From an uncultured Kiritimatiellota bacterium (lineage in GTDB: Bacteria > Verrucomicrobiota > Kiritimatiellia > RFP12 > UBA1067), in assembly GCA_934635225.1 (NCBI GenBank), contig CAKTYZ010000003.1:3312-67311 (forward strand): a stretch of 64,000 bases of DNA, in the 5' to 3' direction. Below the pieces are notes generated by a model. The model had not been told where the DNA came from and did no database searches. It saw nothing but the letters and a program-made list of their open reading frames with translations. Positions 1-12,887 of this stretch are shown piece after piece. The stretch's first letter is position 1. Each line of letters opens with the position of its first letter. The translations under genes and the position numbers were made by a program.

Positions 1-131
1 CCCGAAAGGTCGCGCCCGTTGAAAATCGGGCGGTAGCCGTCGCCCGTGCCGCACGGGCACGTCGCACAGCCCGCAAGCCCCAGCCCAAGCGCCGCTGCCG
101 AGATTGTCTTCACCACCGTTGATTTCGTCAT
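1..131 (-). CDS. Partial lipoprotein gene (N-terminus only; the rest lies off the window start)
   Basis: Reverse-strand reading from ~131 gives MTKSTVVKTISAAALGLGLAGCATCPCG..., a signal peptide with an LAGC lipobox. An AAGGAG RBS sits 9 nt upstream and a TATACT -10-like box at ~215-220. Confidence 0.5.
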   Translation of the reverse strand, partial: MTKSTVVKTISAAALGLGLAGCATCPCGTGDGYRPIFNGRDLS

Positions 132-367
132 GTCGTATCTGCTCCTTGTTTGTCCTTTTCGAGTTGCTCGCCTTCGCGCCCACCTGACGGGTACGCGTTC
201 GAGTCAGTGAGTAGTATACCATACTTCACGGACAATAACGCCAATATAACGCAAAAAAATCGCGCTAACAAAACGAACGACACGCGCCTGAAGACGACAG
301 CGGACCCGAAGGCCCCGCTCAACCTTCGGCCATCTGTTCCTGTCTGTCGATCGGCGCAACAGGGGTT

Positions 368-2047
368 TCAGGGCTCGGCCTGAAACATCTTCATGTCGAG
401 GTGGATGCCACGGCTCTTCAGTTGGTCAATCCACGTTGGAATCGCGCCCGTCGGACGCATCTCGCCGAGGACTTTCCCGTGCGCGTCCACACCCGTCTGA
501 CGGAACGCGAAGATGTCTTGCATGACGATCTGGCTCCCTTCAAGCCCCGTCACCTCGGTGATCGCCGTCACCTTGCGCGAGCCGTCGCTCAGGCGCGATT
601 CGTGGATGATGACGTCAACCGCGCTTGCGATCTGCTCGCGAATCGCCCGGCTCGGCAGTTCCATGCCACTCATGAGGACCATTGTTTCCAAACGCGAAAT
701 GACGTCTCGCGGCGAGTTCGCGTGAACCGTCGTAAGAGAACCGTCGTGACCCGTATTCATTGCCTGAAGCATGTCCAAGGCCTCGCCGCCACGGCACTCT
801 CCGACGATGATGCGGTCCGGGCGCATGCGAAGACAGTTTTTCACGAGGTCGCGTATCGGCACGGCCCCCTTCCCCTCGATGTTCGGAGGCCGCGCCTCCA
901 AGCGGACGACATGCGGCTGCTGCAATCGCAGTTCCGCCGCGTCTTCGACCGTGACAATGCGCTCGCTATGCGGAATGTAGCCTGAAAGAAGGTTGAGAAG
1001 CGTCGTCTTTCCCGAACCCGTTCCGCCCGCGACGATGATGTTCTTGCGAAGGATCACGCACAGGCGCATGAATTCCGCCGCAGCGTGCGTCCAAGTCCCA
1101 AAGCGAATGAAGTCCTCGGGCGAAAGCGCTTTCTGCGAGAACTTGCGAATCGTGATCGTCGGCCCCGAAAGGGCCAGCGGCGCGATGATCGCGTTGACGC
1201 GGCTGCCGTCAGACAGGCGCGCGTCGACATACGGCTGGGATTCGTCGCACCGACGGCCCAATGGCGCGATGATGCGTTCAATGACGGCGAGAACGCTTGC
1301 GTCATCCGAGAACTGGCAATCCGAGAGCTGCAGCTTTCCGTCGCGCTCGACATAGACGCTCTCAGGTCCGTTCACCATGATTTCCGAGACCGAATCGTCC
1401 GCCAACAGGTCTTCCAACGGCCCGAGTCGCATCGCCTCATTGAAAACGTCGTCTTCAAGGCGGACGGGGTCAATGCCCTCGGGCAACCGCCCGTTCGCGA
1501 CGACCTCGTCAATGATTGCGCGAATCTTCGCGCGTGCATTCTCCTCCAGCCCCTCGCGGTCCACGCCCTGCACGGTGAGCTTCTTCATGTCCATTCGCTT
1601 CAAAAGCTCATGCTGGATCTGCTTCTGCACGTTGCGTCGAAGCGCCCGATGGGGATCGGCCGAAGGCATCGGCTCCTCGACGGACTCGACACGAGAGTCG
1701 GACGCGCCCGATTCAGGGTGTGCGTCCTGAGACTTGGATGCCGGCTCGACCTCTTCGGCGGACGGTTCCTCGCTCACGCGCAACATGGCGCTGCCGATCT
1801 GGACGACTTTCCCGCCGTCCAGCGTCTCGGCCTGGTCAATCGCGCAGCCGTTGACGAGCGTGCCGTTCGCGCTGTGCAGGTCTTCAAGGACGGCGCGACC
1901 GCCACGCACCGTCAGGATCGCATGGCGTTCACTCACGTCAGGCAAGGGAAATCGGATGCGACAGCTTCCGCCGCGTCCGATGATGTACGTCCCCTCCGCC
2001 AGTTCCCGCGTTTCGCGTGCGCCGTTGATGAGCGTCGTCAGGACCAT
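368..2047 (-). CDS. cpaF: Tad/Flp pilus assembly ATPase CpaF/TadA with an N-terminal FHA domain
   Basis: The N-terminal ~100 aa is FHA-like ([12 protein letters not shown]...HAILTV...NGTLVNG), followed by an acidic Ser-rich linker. The C-terminal half is a secretion ATPase with Walker [15 protein letters not shown] and CpaF-type motifs. Confidence 0.85.
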   Translation of the reverse strand: MVLTTLINGARETRELAEGTYIIGRGGSCRIRFPLPDVSERHAILTVRGGRAVLEDLHSANGTLVNGCAIDQAETLDGGKVVQIGSAMLRVSEEPSAEEVEPASKSQDAHPESGASDSRVESVEEPMPSADPHRALRRNVQKQIQHELLKRMDMKKLTVQGVDREGLEENARAKIRAIIDEVVANGRLPEGIDPVRLEDDVFNEAMRLGPLEDLLADDSVSEIMVNGPESVYVERDGKLQLSDCQFSDDASVLAVIERIIAPLGRRCDESQPYVDARLSDGSRVNAIIAPLALSGPTITIRKFSQKALSPEDFIRFGTWTHAAAEFMRLCVILRKNIIVAGGTGSGKTTLLNLLSGYIPHSERIVTVEDAAELRLQQPHVVRLEARPPNIEGKGAVPIRDLVKNCLRMRPDRIIVGECRGGEALDMLQAMNTGHDGSLTTVHANSPRDVISRLETMVLMSGMELPSRAIREQIASAVDVIIHESRLSDGSRKVTAITEVTGLEGSQIVMQDIFAFRQTGVDAHGKVLGEMRPTGAIPTWIDQLKSRGIHLDMKMFQAEP

Positions 2048-2058
2048 GTCGCCACCTC

Positions 2059-2862
2059 TTATCGGTTTGTCAGCTTCTGATTCTGGCGCTTGAGGTTCAG
2101 CTCCTCAATCTCACCCTGAATCTTCTCGAAATCAACCTTCGGCAACTCCCTCTCGTACGACGTGTCATTGCGATTGCGCAGCGACAGGACGAGCCGTCCC
2201 TTCATCTGCTCCGCAAACGCCAGCATCTCGGCTTCGCGCGGCGTGACTTCCAGCGTCACCGTCGAGTACCCGGACGACAGTCCCAAGTCCTTCGCGCGCA
2301 TCTTCGCCGTCTGCGAACCCGTCGCCAGCACCAGCACGTTCTGGAGAATCGTGCAGGTGACGAAATTCTTCTTCACGGCATTCCCGCCGAAATCAAACGT
2401 GCCGATTACGTCCACATGGTCATTCGGCCTCACCATCGCCGAAACGCTTGCCGCGCCTGAACAGTTGATGGACACCGCACGCATCGTCTTCTTGATGTCA
2501 GACGACAGCCCCGTCGCCATCGGATTGCCGCCTTCGATATCCGCCCAGAAGACGACATCGCCCTTCCGATGCCCAAGAAGCGTCTTCCGTCCCAGAATGT
2601 CGCCGATGTTCTCCAGTTCCAGCGCCTGTCCGCGCATGCCAATCGCCGGAACGGTCTTCAGTCCGAGATCGCTCTTCGCAAGGACGGTTCCAGACGGGAC
2701 CTCCTTCTTGAAGCAGAGGACGTCCATCGTGCCGTAACGGCTCTTGATCGAGTCCTTCAGGCTTTGGACTTCGGCGTCTTTCGCCGACAGGTAGACACGC
2801 GTCAGCACGGCGGCAAGGACACCGGCGAGAAGGCTCGCGACAAGGACAATCTTTCGTTTCAT
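2059..2862 (-). CDS. cpaB: Flp pilus assembly protein CpaB/RcpC (SAF domain)
   Basis: MKRKIVLVASLLAGVLAAV N-terminal transmembrane segment followed by a SAF/CpaB-like domain. It lies directly upstream of cpaF. The start was chosen at the internal Met (2862), which has a TATAAT box 6 nt upstream. Confidence 0.7.
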   Translation of the reverse strand: MKRKIVLVASLLAGVLAAVLTRVYLSAKDAEVQSLKDSIKSRYGTMDVLCFKKEVPSGTVLAKSDLGLKTVPAIGMRGQALELENIGDILGRKTLLGHRKGDVVFWADIEGGNPMATGLSSDIKKTMRAVSINCSGAASVSAMVRPNDHVDVIGTFDFGGNAVKKNFVTCTILQNVLVLATGSQTAKMRAKDLGLSSGYSTVTLEVTPREAEMLAFAEQMKGRLVLSLRNRNDTSYERELPKVDFEKIQGEIEELNLKRQNQKLTNR

Positions 2863-2868
2863 GTCCGT

Positions 2869-2877
2869 ATTATAGCA
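2869..2877 (-). promoter_or_regulatory. Extended -10 promoter (TGcTATAAT) 6 nt upstream of the cpaB ATG; implies a leaderless or near-leaderless cpaB mRNA. It lies inside the 3' end of purB.
   Basis: The minus strand reads ...TTGTGCTATAATACGGAC-ATG. Coordinates are approximate (+/-2). Confidence 0.4.
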
Positions 2878-2902
2878 CAACGCGCCCGCGCGATGCCACT
2901 CC

Positions 2903-6248
<3,346 letters not shown>

Positions 6249-6272
6249 CGCCTTGTGTCTCCTTGGTTCAAC

Positions 6273-6806
6273 TCAATGTTTGCTATTATACCATAAATGA
6301 CCGAGAATCCGCTTCACGTCACGGGCGAAATCCTTGTCGTTCGTGCGAACCGCGATGCGGTCCGAAAGACCAAGATAGGCCGCCATGCGAACAAATGCGG
6401 TTATGAGCCGGTCCGCCCGGTGTTCGCCAGTCCCGCCCGTGTAGGAGATCCGCAGTCTCCCATCCTGTTGCACGCGCTCGTCCGGGCCGTCAAACACGAT
6501 CCAGATGCGCCGGCTGCCCGTCTCCGCCAGCCGTGCCTTCGCCTGCCCAACCAGAGCCGCGCGGTTCTCGGCCTCTTTCTGAGCGCCAAGGATCAGGTTC
6601 CAGCCGTCCCAGATCTCGAGCCGACCTTCAGGCGGAAGATTCTGCAGGTCAGACGCCGCAAGAAGCGCAAAGTCGAAATGACTCCGCAACGCGGCGTTCT
6701 CCTCGCGCAGCGCCGCGTTTTCGGCCTTCACCGTCGCCAGCTCGGACTGAAGTTCGCGGACATGCGCGACACGCGAACCGAGAATAAGGTCTTGTGCGTT
6801 CATCAT
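6273..6806 (-). CDS. NYN/YacP-like domain protein (predicted RNA-binding nuclease fold) with an N-terminal coiled coil
   Basis: ...IWIVFDGPDERV...RADRLITAFV...IAVRTNDKDF matches the YacP/NYN pattern. The start was set at the internal MM because the longer ORF would overlap rpmB. Confidence 0.5.
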   Translation of the reverse strand: MMNAQDLILGSRVAHVRELQSELATVKAENAALREENAALRSHFDFALLAASDLQNLPPEGRLEIWDGWNLILGAQKEAENRAALVGQAKARLAETGSRRIWIVFDGPDERVQQDGRLRISYTGGTGEHRADRLITAFVRMAAYLGLSDRIAVRTNDKDFARDVKRILGHLWYNSKH

Positions 6807-6868
6807 GAGAAGCAACGGCCCCGGAGAGGATTCCGAGGCCGTTGTTCGTTCGCGGATGACGACAGGCC

Positions 6869-7099
6869 TCAGGCCTTCGTCACCTTGCCCGCCTTCAGGC
6901 AACGCGCACAAACGCACATGCGCTTCGTGTTGCCCTTGCCGTCGGTCGTGCGGACCATGCGGAGGTTCGGCAGGAAGCGGCGCTTCGTGATGCCGGTCGT
7001 GTGGAGACCGATGCCGCCCTTGTACTTCGGGGAGCCCTTGCGGACGACGACGTTGCCGACCGACGGACCCTTACCGCAAATATCACAAACTCTGGACAT
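6869..7099 (-). CDS. rpmB: 50S ribosomal protein L28
   Basis: 76 aa: MSRVCDICGKGPSVGNVVVRKGSPKYKGGIGLHTTGITKRRFLPNL... Confidence 0.93.
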   Translation of the reverse strand: MSRVCDICGKGPSVGNVVVRKGSPKYKGGIGLHTTGITKRRFLPNLRMVRTTDGKGNTKRMCVCARCLKAGKVTKA

Positions 7100-7126
7100 T
7101 TTCGTGTTCCTTTCGTTTGAAGTTGA

Positions 7127-8878
7127 TTAATTGCCGGGCTGCCATTCGACGTTCGCGAAGGCATTGTCGAACGCGGCGGAAAGACCGCCGAGGTTCTCGC
7201 TACCCGCGCTCGTCGTGGAGACGGGCGTCTTCTCCTCGCCTGTGGCCTCGGCCTCAAGCGCCTTGATCTCGTCGTCCGTCATGCTCATCGCGCGAATCGA
7301 CAGGCCGATGCGGCGCTCGCCGCGATCAACCTTGACGACGCGAGCCTCGACCTCCTGACCGACGTCGAGCGCGTCCTTGACCTTCTCGATGCGCTGGTCG
7401 GAGATCTGCGAGATGTGGACGAGACCGTCCACGCCGTCTTCCAGCTCGACGAACGCGCCGAACGAGGCGATCTTCGAGACCTTGCCCTTGACGGTCGAGC
7501 CGACAGGGAACTTCTGGGCGATTTCGTCCCACGGATCCTGCATCGCCGCCTTGAGGCTGAGCGAAATGCGCTGCTCCTTGGCGTTGACGTCGAGAACGAC
7601 CGCCTCGACCTCCTGCCCCTTCTGCAGACATTCCGACGGGTGGTTGATCTTGCGCGTCCAGCTCATGTCGCTGACGTGGATCATGCCGTCGATGCCCTCC
7701 TCGAGCTCGACAAACGCGCCGTACGCCGTGAAGTTGCGGACCTTGCCCTTGACCTTCGAGCCGACCGGATAGCGCTCCTGAACCGTGTCCCACGGATTGT
7801 CCTGGGTCTGACGGATGCCAAGGGCGATCTTCTGGTTCTCGACATCAACCGAAAGGACGACGACCTGAACCTCGTCACCGACGGAAAGCATGTCGGACGC
7901 ACGCGCGACGCGCTTCGTCCAGCTGAACTCGGAGATGTGGACGAGACCCTCGATGCCGGGGGCGATCTCGACGAACGCACCGTAGGCGGCGAGGTTGACG
8001 ACCTTGCCCGAAACGCGCGAACCGACCGGGAACTGCTCCTGGATCGTGTCCCACGGATTCGCCGTCGTCTGCTTGAGGCCAAGCGAGATGCGCTCGCGGT
8101 CGCGGTCCACGTCGAGGACCATGACGTCAAGCTCCTGACCGACCTTGAGAACTTCGCTCGGGTGCTTGACGCGACCCCAGCTCATGTCGGTGATGTGGAG
8201 GAGGCCGTCGATGCCGTCAAGGTCAATGAACGCGCCGAAATCGGTGATGTTCTTCACGCGGCCCTTGCGGACTTCGCCCTTCTGGAGGCTCGCGAGCAGC
8301 TCGGCCTTCTTCTCGGCCATCGTGCCCTCGATGAGTTCACGGCGCGAGACGATGAGGTTGCGGCGCTCGTTGGAAATCTTGATGACCTTGAACTCGTAGG
8401 TCTGGCCCACGTAAGGTTCGAGATCGCGAACCGGCGTGACCTCGACCTGGGAACCGGGAAGGAACGCCTCGACATCGTCGATCTGGACGAGGAGACCGCC
8501 ACGGACGGCGCTCTTGATCGTGCCGGTGACCACGCAGCCCTCGACGTAGCGCTCAAGGATCTTCTCCCAGCGAATCTTGTCATCCGCACGCTTCTTCGAG
8601 ATCTCGACCATGCCCGTCTTGTCATCTTCAAGCTTGACGAGCATGACGGTGACCTTGTCGCCGACCTTGACGTCGGCACCCTCGCCGAACTCGTCGAGAC
8701 CGACCACGCCGACCGACTTGTAGCCGATGTCGACGAAAACATCATCACCCTTGATTGCGCTGACGGTACCCTCAATGAGGCTGCCGCCCTTGTACTTGGA
8801 ATCCTGACCCGCCTGGGTAAGGACATCAGCCATCGCTGCAGACTTCGCCGCAGGAGGCGTAGGCTTTCTAATCGCCAT
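7127..8878 (-). CDS. rpsA: 30S ribosomal protein S1 (six S1 domains)
   Basis: Repeated S1 motifs (GxV..I...GAFV.L..GIDGLLHIS..SW). The true start may be the internal MADVLTQ at ~8833. Confidence 0.93.
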   Translation of the reverse strand: MAIRKPTPPAAKSAAMADVLTQAGQDSKYKGGSLIEGTVSAIKGDDVFVDIGYKSVGVVGLDEFGEGADVKVGDKVTVMLVKLEDDKTGMVEISKKRADDKIRWEKILERYVEGCVVTGTIKSAVRGGLLVQIDDVEAFLPGSQVEVTPVRDLEPYVGQTYEFKVIKISNERRNLIVSRRELIEGTMAEKKAELLASLQKGEVRKGRVKNITDFGAFIDLDGIDGLLHITDMSWGRVKHPSEVLKVGQELDVMVLDVDRDRERISLGLKQTTANPWDTIQEQFPVGSRVSGKVVNLAAYGAFVEIAPGIEGLVHISEFSWTKRVARASDMLSVGDEVQVVVLSVDVENQKIALGIRQTQDNPWDTVQERYPVGSKVKGKVRNFTAYGAFVELEEGIDGMIHVSDMSWTRKINHPSECLQKGQEVEAVVLDVNAKEQRISLSLKAAMQDPWDEIAQKFPVGSTVKGKVSKIASFGAFVELEDGVDGLVHISQISDQRIEKVKDALDVGQEVEARVVKVDRGERRIGLSIRAMSMTDDEIKALEAEATGEEKTPVSTTSAGSENLGGLSAAFDNAFANVEWQPGN

Positions 8879-8953
8879 TATTCGTTTGTTTGCGTTTGTT
8901 TATGATCACGGTTTTCTGCCGTGTCCGCCCCGTCTTTGGGCACGGATTTGCGT

Positions 8954-8983
8954 ATTATACCAAATTCGCGTCTCTCCCCGCAA
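8954..8983 (-). promoter_or_regulatory. Candidate sigma-70 promoter for rpsA: TTGCGG-18-TATAAT
   Basis: On the minus strand, TATAAT lies at ~8954-8959 and a TTGCGG -35 at ~8978-8983 with an 18-nt spacer. This gives a ~70-nt 5' UTR containing CGTTTGTTT repeats. Confidence 0.45.
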
Positions 8984-9043
8984 TGGGGGCGCCCTCCCAA
9001 AATGGTAATATCTAACGGGTCAGCAAAGAAGAGAGACTGGCCA

Positions 9044-9055
9044 GGGGGGGGGGGG
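9044..9055. repeat. Homopolymeric G12 tract (plus strand), intergenic between the esterase 3' end and the rpsA promoter
   Basis: ccaGGGGGGGGGGGGcaacg read directly from the sequence. Confidence 0.9.
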
Positions 9056-9103
9056 CAACGTCACCCCATAGATGCCGGGAACGGCCTGGAACGGATGCGT
9101 TAA

Positions 9104-9172
9104 CCGATGCGGATGGAAGAGGTGTCTCCATGCGGATGGAAGAACCGCCTCCATGCGGATGGGCCGTGGGGG
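9104..9172. repeat. Three tandem ~23-nt direct repeats with core CCATGCGGATGG(AAGA)
   Basis: ccgATGCGGATGGAAGAggtgtct / ccATGCGGATGGAAGAaccgcct / ccATGCGGATGGgccgtggg, with a period of 23 nt. They lie ~120-190 nt upstream of the rpsA promoter. Confidence 0.85.
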
Positions 9173-9245
9173 CCGGGTCACAAACGGCGTCAAGTCATGT
9201 CGGAAAACCGATTTCCAACTGTTTTTAGGTTTAGTGACAAAACTG

Positions 9246-10781
9246 TCACTTCGAGAGGTCAAGGCGAAAGGCACCGAGCGGCAAGGACGTCTCGGCGTGC
9301 AGCGCCCCGTACCACGGCGCGGAATGAAGATAGCGCACGCCTGTCGGTTGCGGCACGTCGGGGCTTGCGACGACGAGACGGCTTTCGCCGATGAATCCCG
9401 TCTGCACGACTTCGCCCGTCTTCGGGTTCTTCCAGAGCCCCATGTTCGTCAGCTCCGCCTTGTGCCAGCGTCCGTCCGCGTCCCGAAGTTCGAACCCCGT
9501 CGCCATCGAACGGTCATCGTTGTAGACGTACCAGCTCTTCACGTGGGAGAAGGACATCTCGACCCGGCCGCCGTCCAGCTGCCGCCAACCCGTCGGCTTC
9601 GGTGCGTCGGCGACGAGATCCTTGTATCCATAGTTCCGCTGCAGGGCGAGGGCGGCGAGTCGCCGTCCGACAGGCCCTTTCACATTCGGGTGGATGTCTT
9701 TCAGATTGCCGAGGTCGTTGACGACCGCCATCCCGGCGTTCGGCTCCTCGTCCGCGAACTTCGCCTGCGCCTCCTGAAGCGCGGCGATGCCGGGATCGCC
9801 CCACGGCGGAATCTGGACGAACAGGAAGGAGAGCGACGGATTCTCGAACGCCGCCTTCCAGCCGTCATAGAGCGCGTGCATACGGGAGGCGTAGCGGCCC
9901 GGCTCGGTTGAGTTCTGCTCGCCCTGGTACCAGATCGCGCCGCGCAGGGCCATCGGCACGAGCGGCGACAGCATGGAATTCCAGAGGACGGTCGGCTGGT
10001 TCGCGGACTCGCTGAAGGGCCAGCGCCGGAGCTTCGGATCGATTTCCTCCATGACCGGGAAGTCCAGAAGATCCTTCAGGTCGGGGCGCGTCGCGAGCCC
10101 CGCACGCGGCGTCCAGGCGTCAATGTTGCTGGCGCCCTTGACAGCAACGACGATCCCGACAGGAATGTCAAGCGTCGCATAGAGTTCAAGCGCAAAGTAG
10201 TAGGCGACGGCCGAAAGGCCCTTGCGCGAGCCCATGACGACATTGCCGCGATCAATCGGCTGCCAACGGGCCGGGCGTTCCCAACGCGTCCGAGGGCGAA
10301 CGGCATGGCGTTCAGTCGAGACCTCGCAGAAGCGCACGAACGGACGGCTCACATACTGCACGAGCAGACCGCCCTCACGATCACGAAAGCGCATGTTCGT
10401 GGCGTTCCAGATGGCGCACTCCATGTTGCTCTGGCCGGACGCAAGCCAGACCTCGCCGACAAGAACATCCCGCAGGACGCGCCGTTCGCCACCAGCAGAG
10501 ACGACAAGCTCGCGCCCTTCCTTCGAGGCGACAAGCGGCGGCAAGTCGGCGCGCCATTTCCCTTCGGCATCCGCTCGCGCCGCCACGCGTGACCCGGCAA
10601 AGACGACAGAGACCTTCTCGCCGGGTGCCGCACGTCCCCACACCGGGACGGGCCGTCCCCGTTGCAACACCATGCCGTCCGCAAACGGGGCGCCCAGTTC
10701 AAGAGCCCTCGCCGATTCCGCCGCCAAGGCGGATGCGTGAATGGACAACCCCACCACGCCCACCAGCAACCAGTTCTTCAT
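9246..10781 (-). CDS. Secreted sialate O-acetylesterase (SGNH hydrolase, DUF303 family)
   Basis: Signal peptide MKNWLLVGVVGLSIHASALA. The DUF303-type N-terminus ...VLQRGRPVPVWG... carries a GQSNM catalytic motif, followed by an inserted beta-sandwich and the C-terminal part of the SGNH hydrolase domain. The start was set at the internal Met (10781), not at the long ORF. Confidence 0.8.
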   Translation of the reverse strand: MKNWLLVGVVGLSIHASALAAESARALELGAPFADGMVLQRGRPVPVWGRAAPGEKVSVVFAGSRVAARADAEGKWRADLPPLVASKEGRELVVSAGGERRVLRDVLVGEVWLASGQSNMECAIWNATNMRFRDREGGLLVQYVSRPFVRFCEVSTERHAVRPRTRWERPARWQPIDRGNVVMGSRKGLSAVAYYFALELYATLDIPVGIVVAVKGASNIDAWTPRAGLATRPDLKDLLDFPVMEEIDPKLRRWPFSESANQPTVLWNSMLSPLVPMALRGAIWYQGEQNSTEPGRYASRMHALYDGWKAAFENPSLSFLFVQIPPWGDPGIAALQEAQAKFADEEPNAGMAVVNDLGNLKDIHPNVKGPVGRRLAALALQRNYGYKDLVADAPKPTGWRQLDGGRVEMSFSHVKSWYVYNDDRSMATGFELRDADGRWHKAELTNMGLWKNPKTGEVVQTGFIGESRLVVASPDVPQPTGVRYLHSAPWYGALHAETSLPLGAFRLDLSK

Positions 10782-10797
10782 TTTTTTCCTTTTTGTC

Positions 10798-12858
10798 CTA
10801 TCGGATGACGATCGCCAAGCCGGCCCTTGACGCGGCAAACGTGAGACGCTTGCGGTCGGCCGACAGGTGCAGCCTGCAGCGTTCGGGCAGGGCCTTGCGC
10901 CACTCGGCCAGCGTCGCGTCCGAGATCTCAATCTCCGTCTCGTCGTTCCGCACGAGTTCGCACCGATGGTTCTTCGACTCGGGCAGGAGACCGACGTTCT
11001 CAAAGCGAACCTTCGTGCCGTCCGCAAAGCGCCACTTCCCCATGCCGACGCCATGCAGCGGCGCCTTCTCGCAGACGCCATCCGCAAAGTCGAAGACGAC
11101 CTCGCCCGCCGACAGGACGTTGCCAGTTCCGTCGACCCTGATCTCAGGCGACGTCCCCTTGAGGACCAGCTTGTTCTGCGTCTGGCTGTGCGCCAGCGCG
11201 AAGTAGCCCACCTCAATCGTGCCGTTCGAGACGATGAGCGTGTTGCCGGACGAGCCGTTCACGCCAACCTGCAGATGGTTTACGCTCAACTCGCCGCCCA
11301 GCACCTCAAGTCGCCCGTCACGTCCGCCGACCGCTTCGGTGTTTGCGGCGTAGCCCAGATAGACATAGCCGTAGCGCGTTTCGGAATCCTCCAGACGCTG
11401 TCCGAGAAGCCTGCCGCCCGGCAGGATGCGCAGGACGTTCCCCGTACAGTTTGTGAAGCCGACGTAGACGGTCTGATTTCCATTGCCGACCGTCATCGTC
11501 GCGTTCGCGACCTCGCACAGGTTCGAGGACCCTTCGTAGCCGATCCAGAGCCCCGATCCGTTTTCGGCGACCACGCCACCGTCAACGACACGCAGGACAT
11601 TTCCGCAAGACGCGGCCTTCGCACCGAGGCGAATGGGGCCGACGCTGTCAAAGCGACCGCCCGACGTCACCTCAAGACAGTTCGAAGAGGACATGTTGCC
11701 GATCAGCGTCGAATACCAGGTCGTGTTCGAGACGATGCCGCCGTCTTCAATCAGCACACGCGAGCCGCCATTGGCCGCATTGCCCTGAACGGCATTCGCA
11801 TTGCTCTTATCCCAGAAATCGCCAATGGTCAGCGCCTCGTCCGAGTAGTTCATGCCGCCGCAGACGAGCACGCCGCCAGACGTGACGTGCAGAAGGTTCG
11901 AGACGCTGGCGACGGCATTGCCCTGGTCGTCCACGCTCGTTGACGTCCGCCCGCCGAGATTGACGCCGCGCAAGAATTCGGCCCGCCCGCCGTTCGAGAC
12001 CGTCAGCGACGCCTCGCCGAACCTCTTCGTGCCGACATAGGCCGTCACGGCCGACATCGTGCTGCCCGGCCCGTCCACGACGACCTTCGCGCGGATGCCG
12101 TTCATGAACAGCGGACCGTTCTCAATCGTGAACGTGCCGCCTTCATGGATGCCGAGCCAGGCGTCTTGCCCGCCCTCCGTCGTGACATTCCATCCATTCC
12201 GAACCGTGAACGTCGCGTTGCTGACGGTCGTTCGCGTCCGGTCATTGCCGAAGAACGAGCAAACTTCCGTGTTCGTGAGCGCCGAGCCATTCAGCACGTT
12301 GACCGTCATGTCTTTCGGATTTCCGTTTCCGAAGCTGAGCTGGCCAACGAACGTCGCGCCATCGTCCATCTCGAACGTGCCGAAGTTCGAGTTGTAGGAC
12401 AACATGAAGCGTCCGTTGGCTTTGAAATGCGTGTCCTTCCCCTTGAGGCGGAAGACGTTGCGCTGCTTTCGTACGCCCCAGTTTGACGAGGAAAGCGGGA
12501 CGAAATCCTTTCCGCTGGTGGACTCATACGTTCCCGACAGGAACTCGACCGTCGCGTTGTTCGCGTCGCAGAAGTAGTTCGAGCCGAATGTGAGCGCGCG
12601 GTCCCTGCCGATGTCGAACGTCAGGCGGATGCCGTCTTTGTTCACCGTGACGACATCCGCAAACGTTCCGTCCGCCGCGAGGGTCAGTCCCTCGGCGTCC
12701 GTCTTGAACCAATGGCCGTCTGCGGACGTTTCCGTCCAGTTCGCCGCATCCGCGAGGTCAAGGCCGGCGGCGCCTGACCATTCCCGCCCCGCCGTCGCGG
12801 ACGTGACGCACAGCGCCGCCGAGGCGGCACAGAGAAACGAAATCGAGTTCCTTTTCAT
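10798..12858 (-). CDS. Secreted Gly/Asn/Thr-rich beta-helix repeat protein (autotransporter-associated beta-strand-repeat-like)
   Basis: Signal peptide MKRNSISFLCAASAALCVTSATA. It contains many ~20-aa repeats (VSNG.., TVGNG.., GG.L...). It is a paralog of the 32503-34632 protein, sharing an N-terminal LDLADAANW/TDLSADANW motif and a C-terminal ...AIVIR/...LMILR ending. Confidence 0.55.
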   Translation of the reverse strand: MKRNSISFLCAASAALCVTSATAGREWSGAAGLDLADAANWTETSADGHWFKTDAEGLTLAADGTFADVVTVNKDGIRLTFDIGRDRALTFGSNYFCDANNATVEFLSGTYESTSGKDFVPLSSSNWGVRKQRNVFRLKGKDTHFKANGRFMLSYNSNFGTFEMDDGATFVGQLSFGNGNPKDMTVNVLNGSALTNTEVCSFFGNDRTRTTVSNATFTVRNGWNVTTEGGQDAWLGIHEGGTFTIENGPLFMNGIRAKVVVDGPGSTMSAVTAYVGTKRFGEASLTVSNGGRAEFLRGVNLGGRTSTSVDDQGNAVASVSNLLHVTSGGVLVCGGMNYSDEALTIGDFWDKSNANAVQGNAANGGSRVLIEDGGIVSNTTWYSTLIGNMSSSNCLEVTSGGRFDSVGPIRLGAKAASCGNVLRVVDGGVVAENGSGLWIGYEGSSNLCEVANATMTVGNGNQTVYVGFTNCTGNVLRILPGGRLLGQRLEDSETRYGYVYLGYAANTEAVGGRDGRLEVLGGELSVNHLQVGVNGSSGNTLIVSNGTIEVGYFALAHSQTQNKLVLKGTSPEIRVDGTGNVLSAGEVVFDFADGVCEKAPLHGVGMGKWRFADGTKVRFENVGLLPESKNHRCELVRNDETEIEISDATLAEWRKALPERCRLHLSADRKRLTFAASRAGLAIVIR

Positions 12859-12887
12859 TGTCTGATCCTTTCCTTGTCTGATGTGAT

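Noticed and set aside
255-361. Hairpins around the cpaF stop (GTTTCAGG/CCTGAAAC spanning the stop codon, and CCGAAGG/CCTTCGG) and a weak stem plus T7 run at ~258-300
   Set aside because: The first two lack T-tails and overlap coding sequence. The third has only a 4-5 bp stem. None is confident enough to annotate as a terminator.
9246-11216. The 5' extensions of several track ORFs (for example 9246-11216 at 656 aa, 23192-26158 at 988 aa, 58827-60650, 51360-52325, 52683-54191)
   Set aside because: The extensions are Arg-rich nonsense that overlaps the upstream gene. Internal Met or TTG starts with RBSs and signal peptides give proteins of the expected family length.
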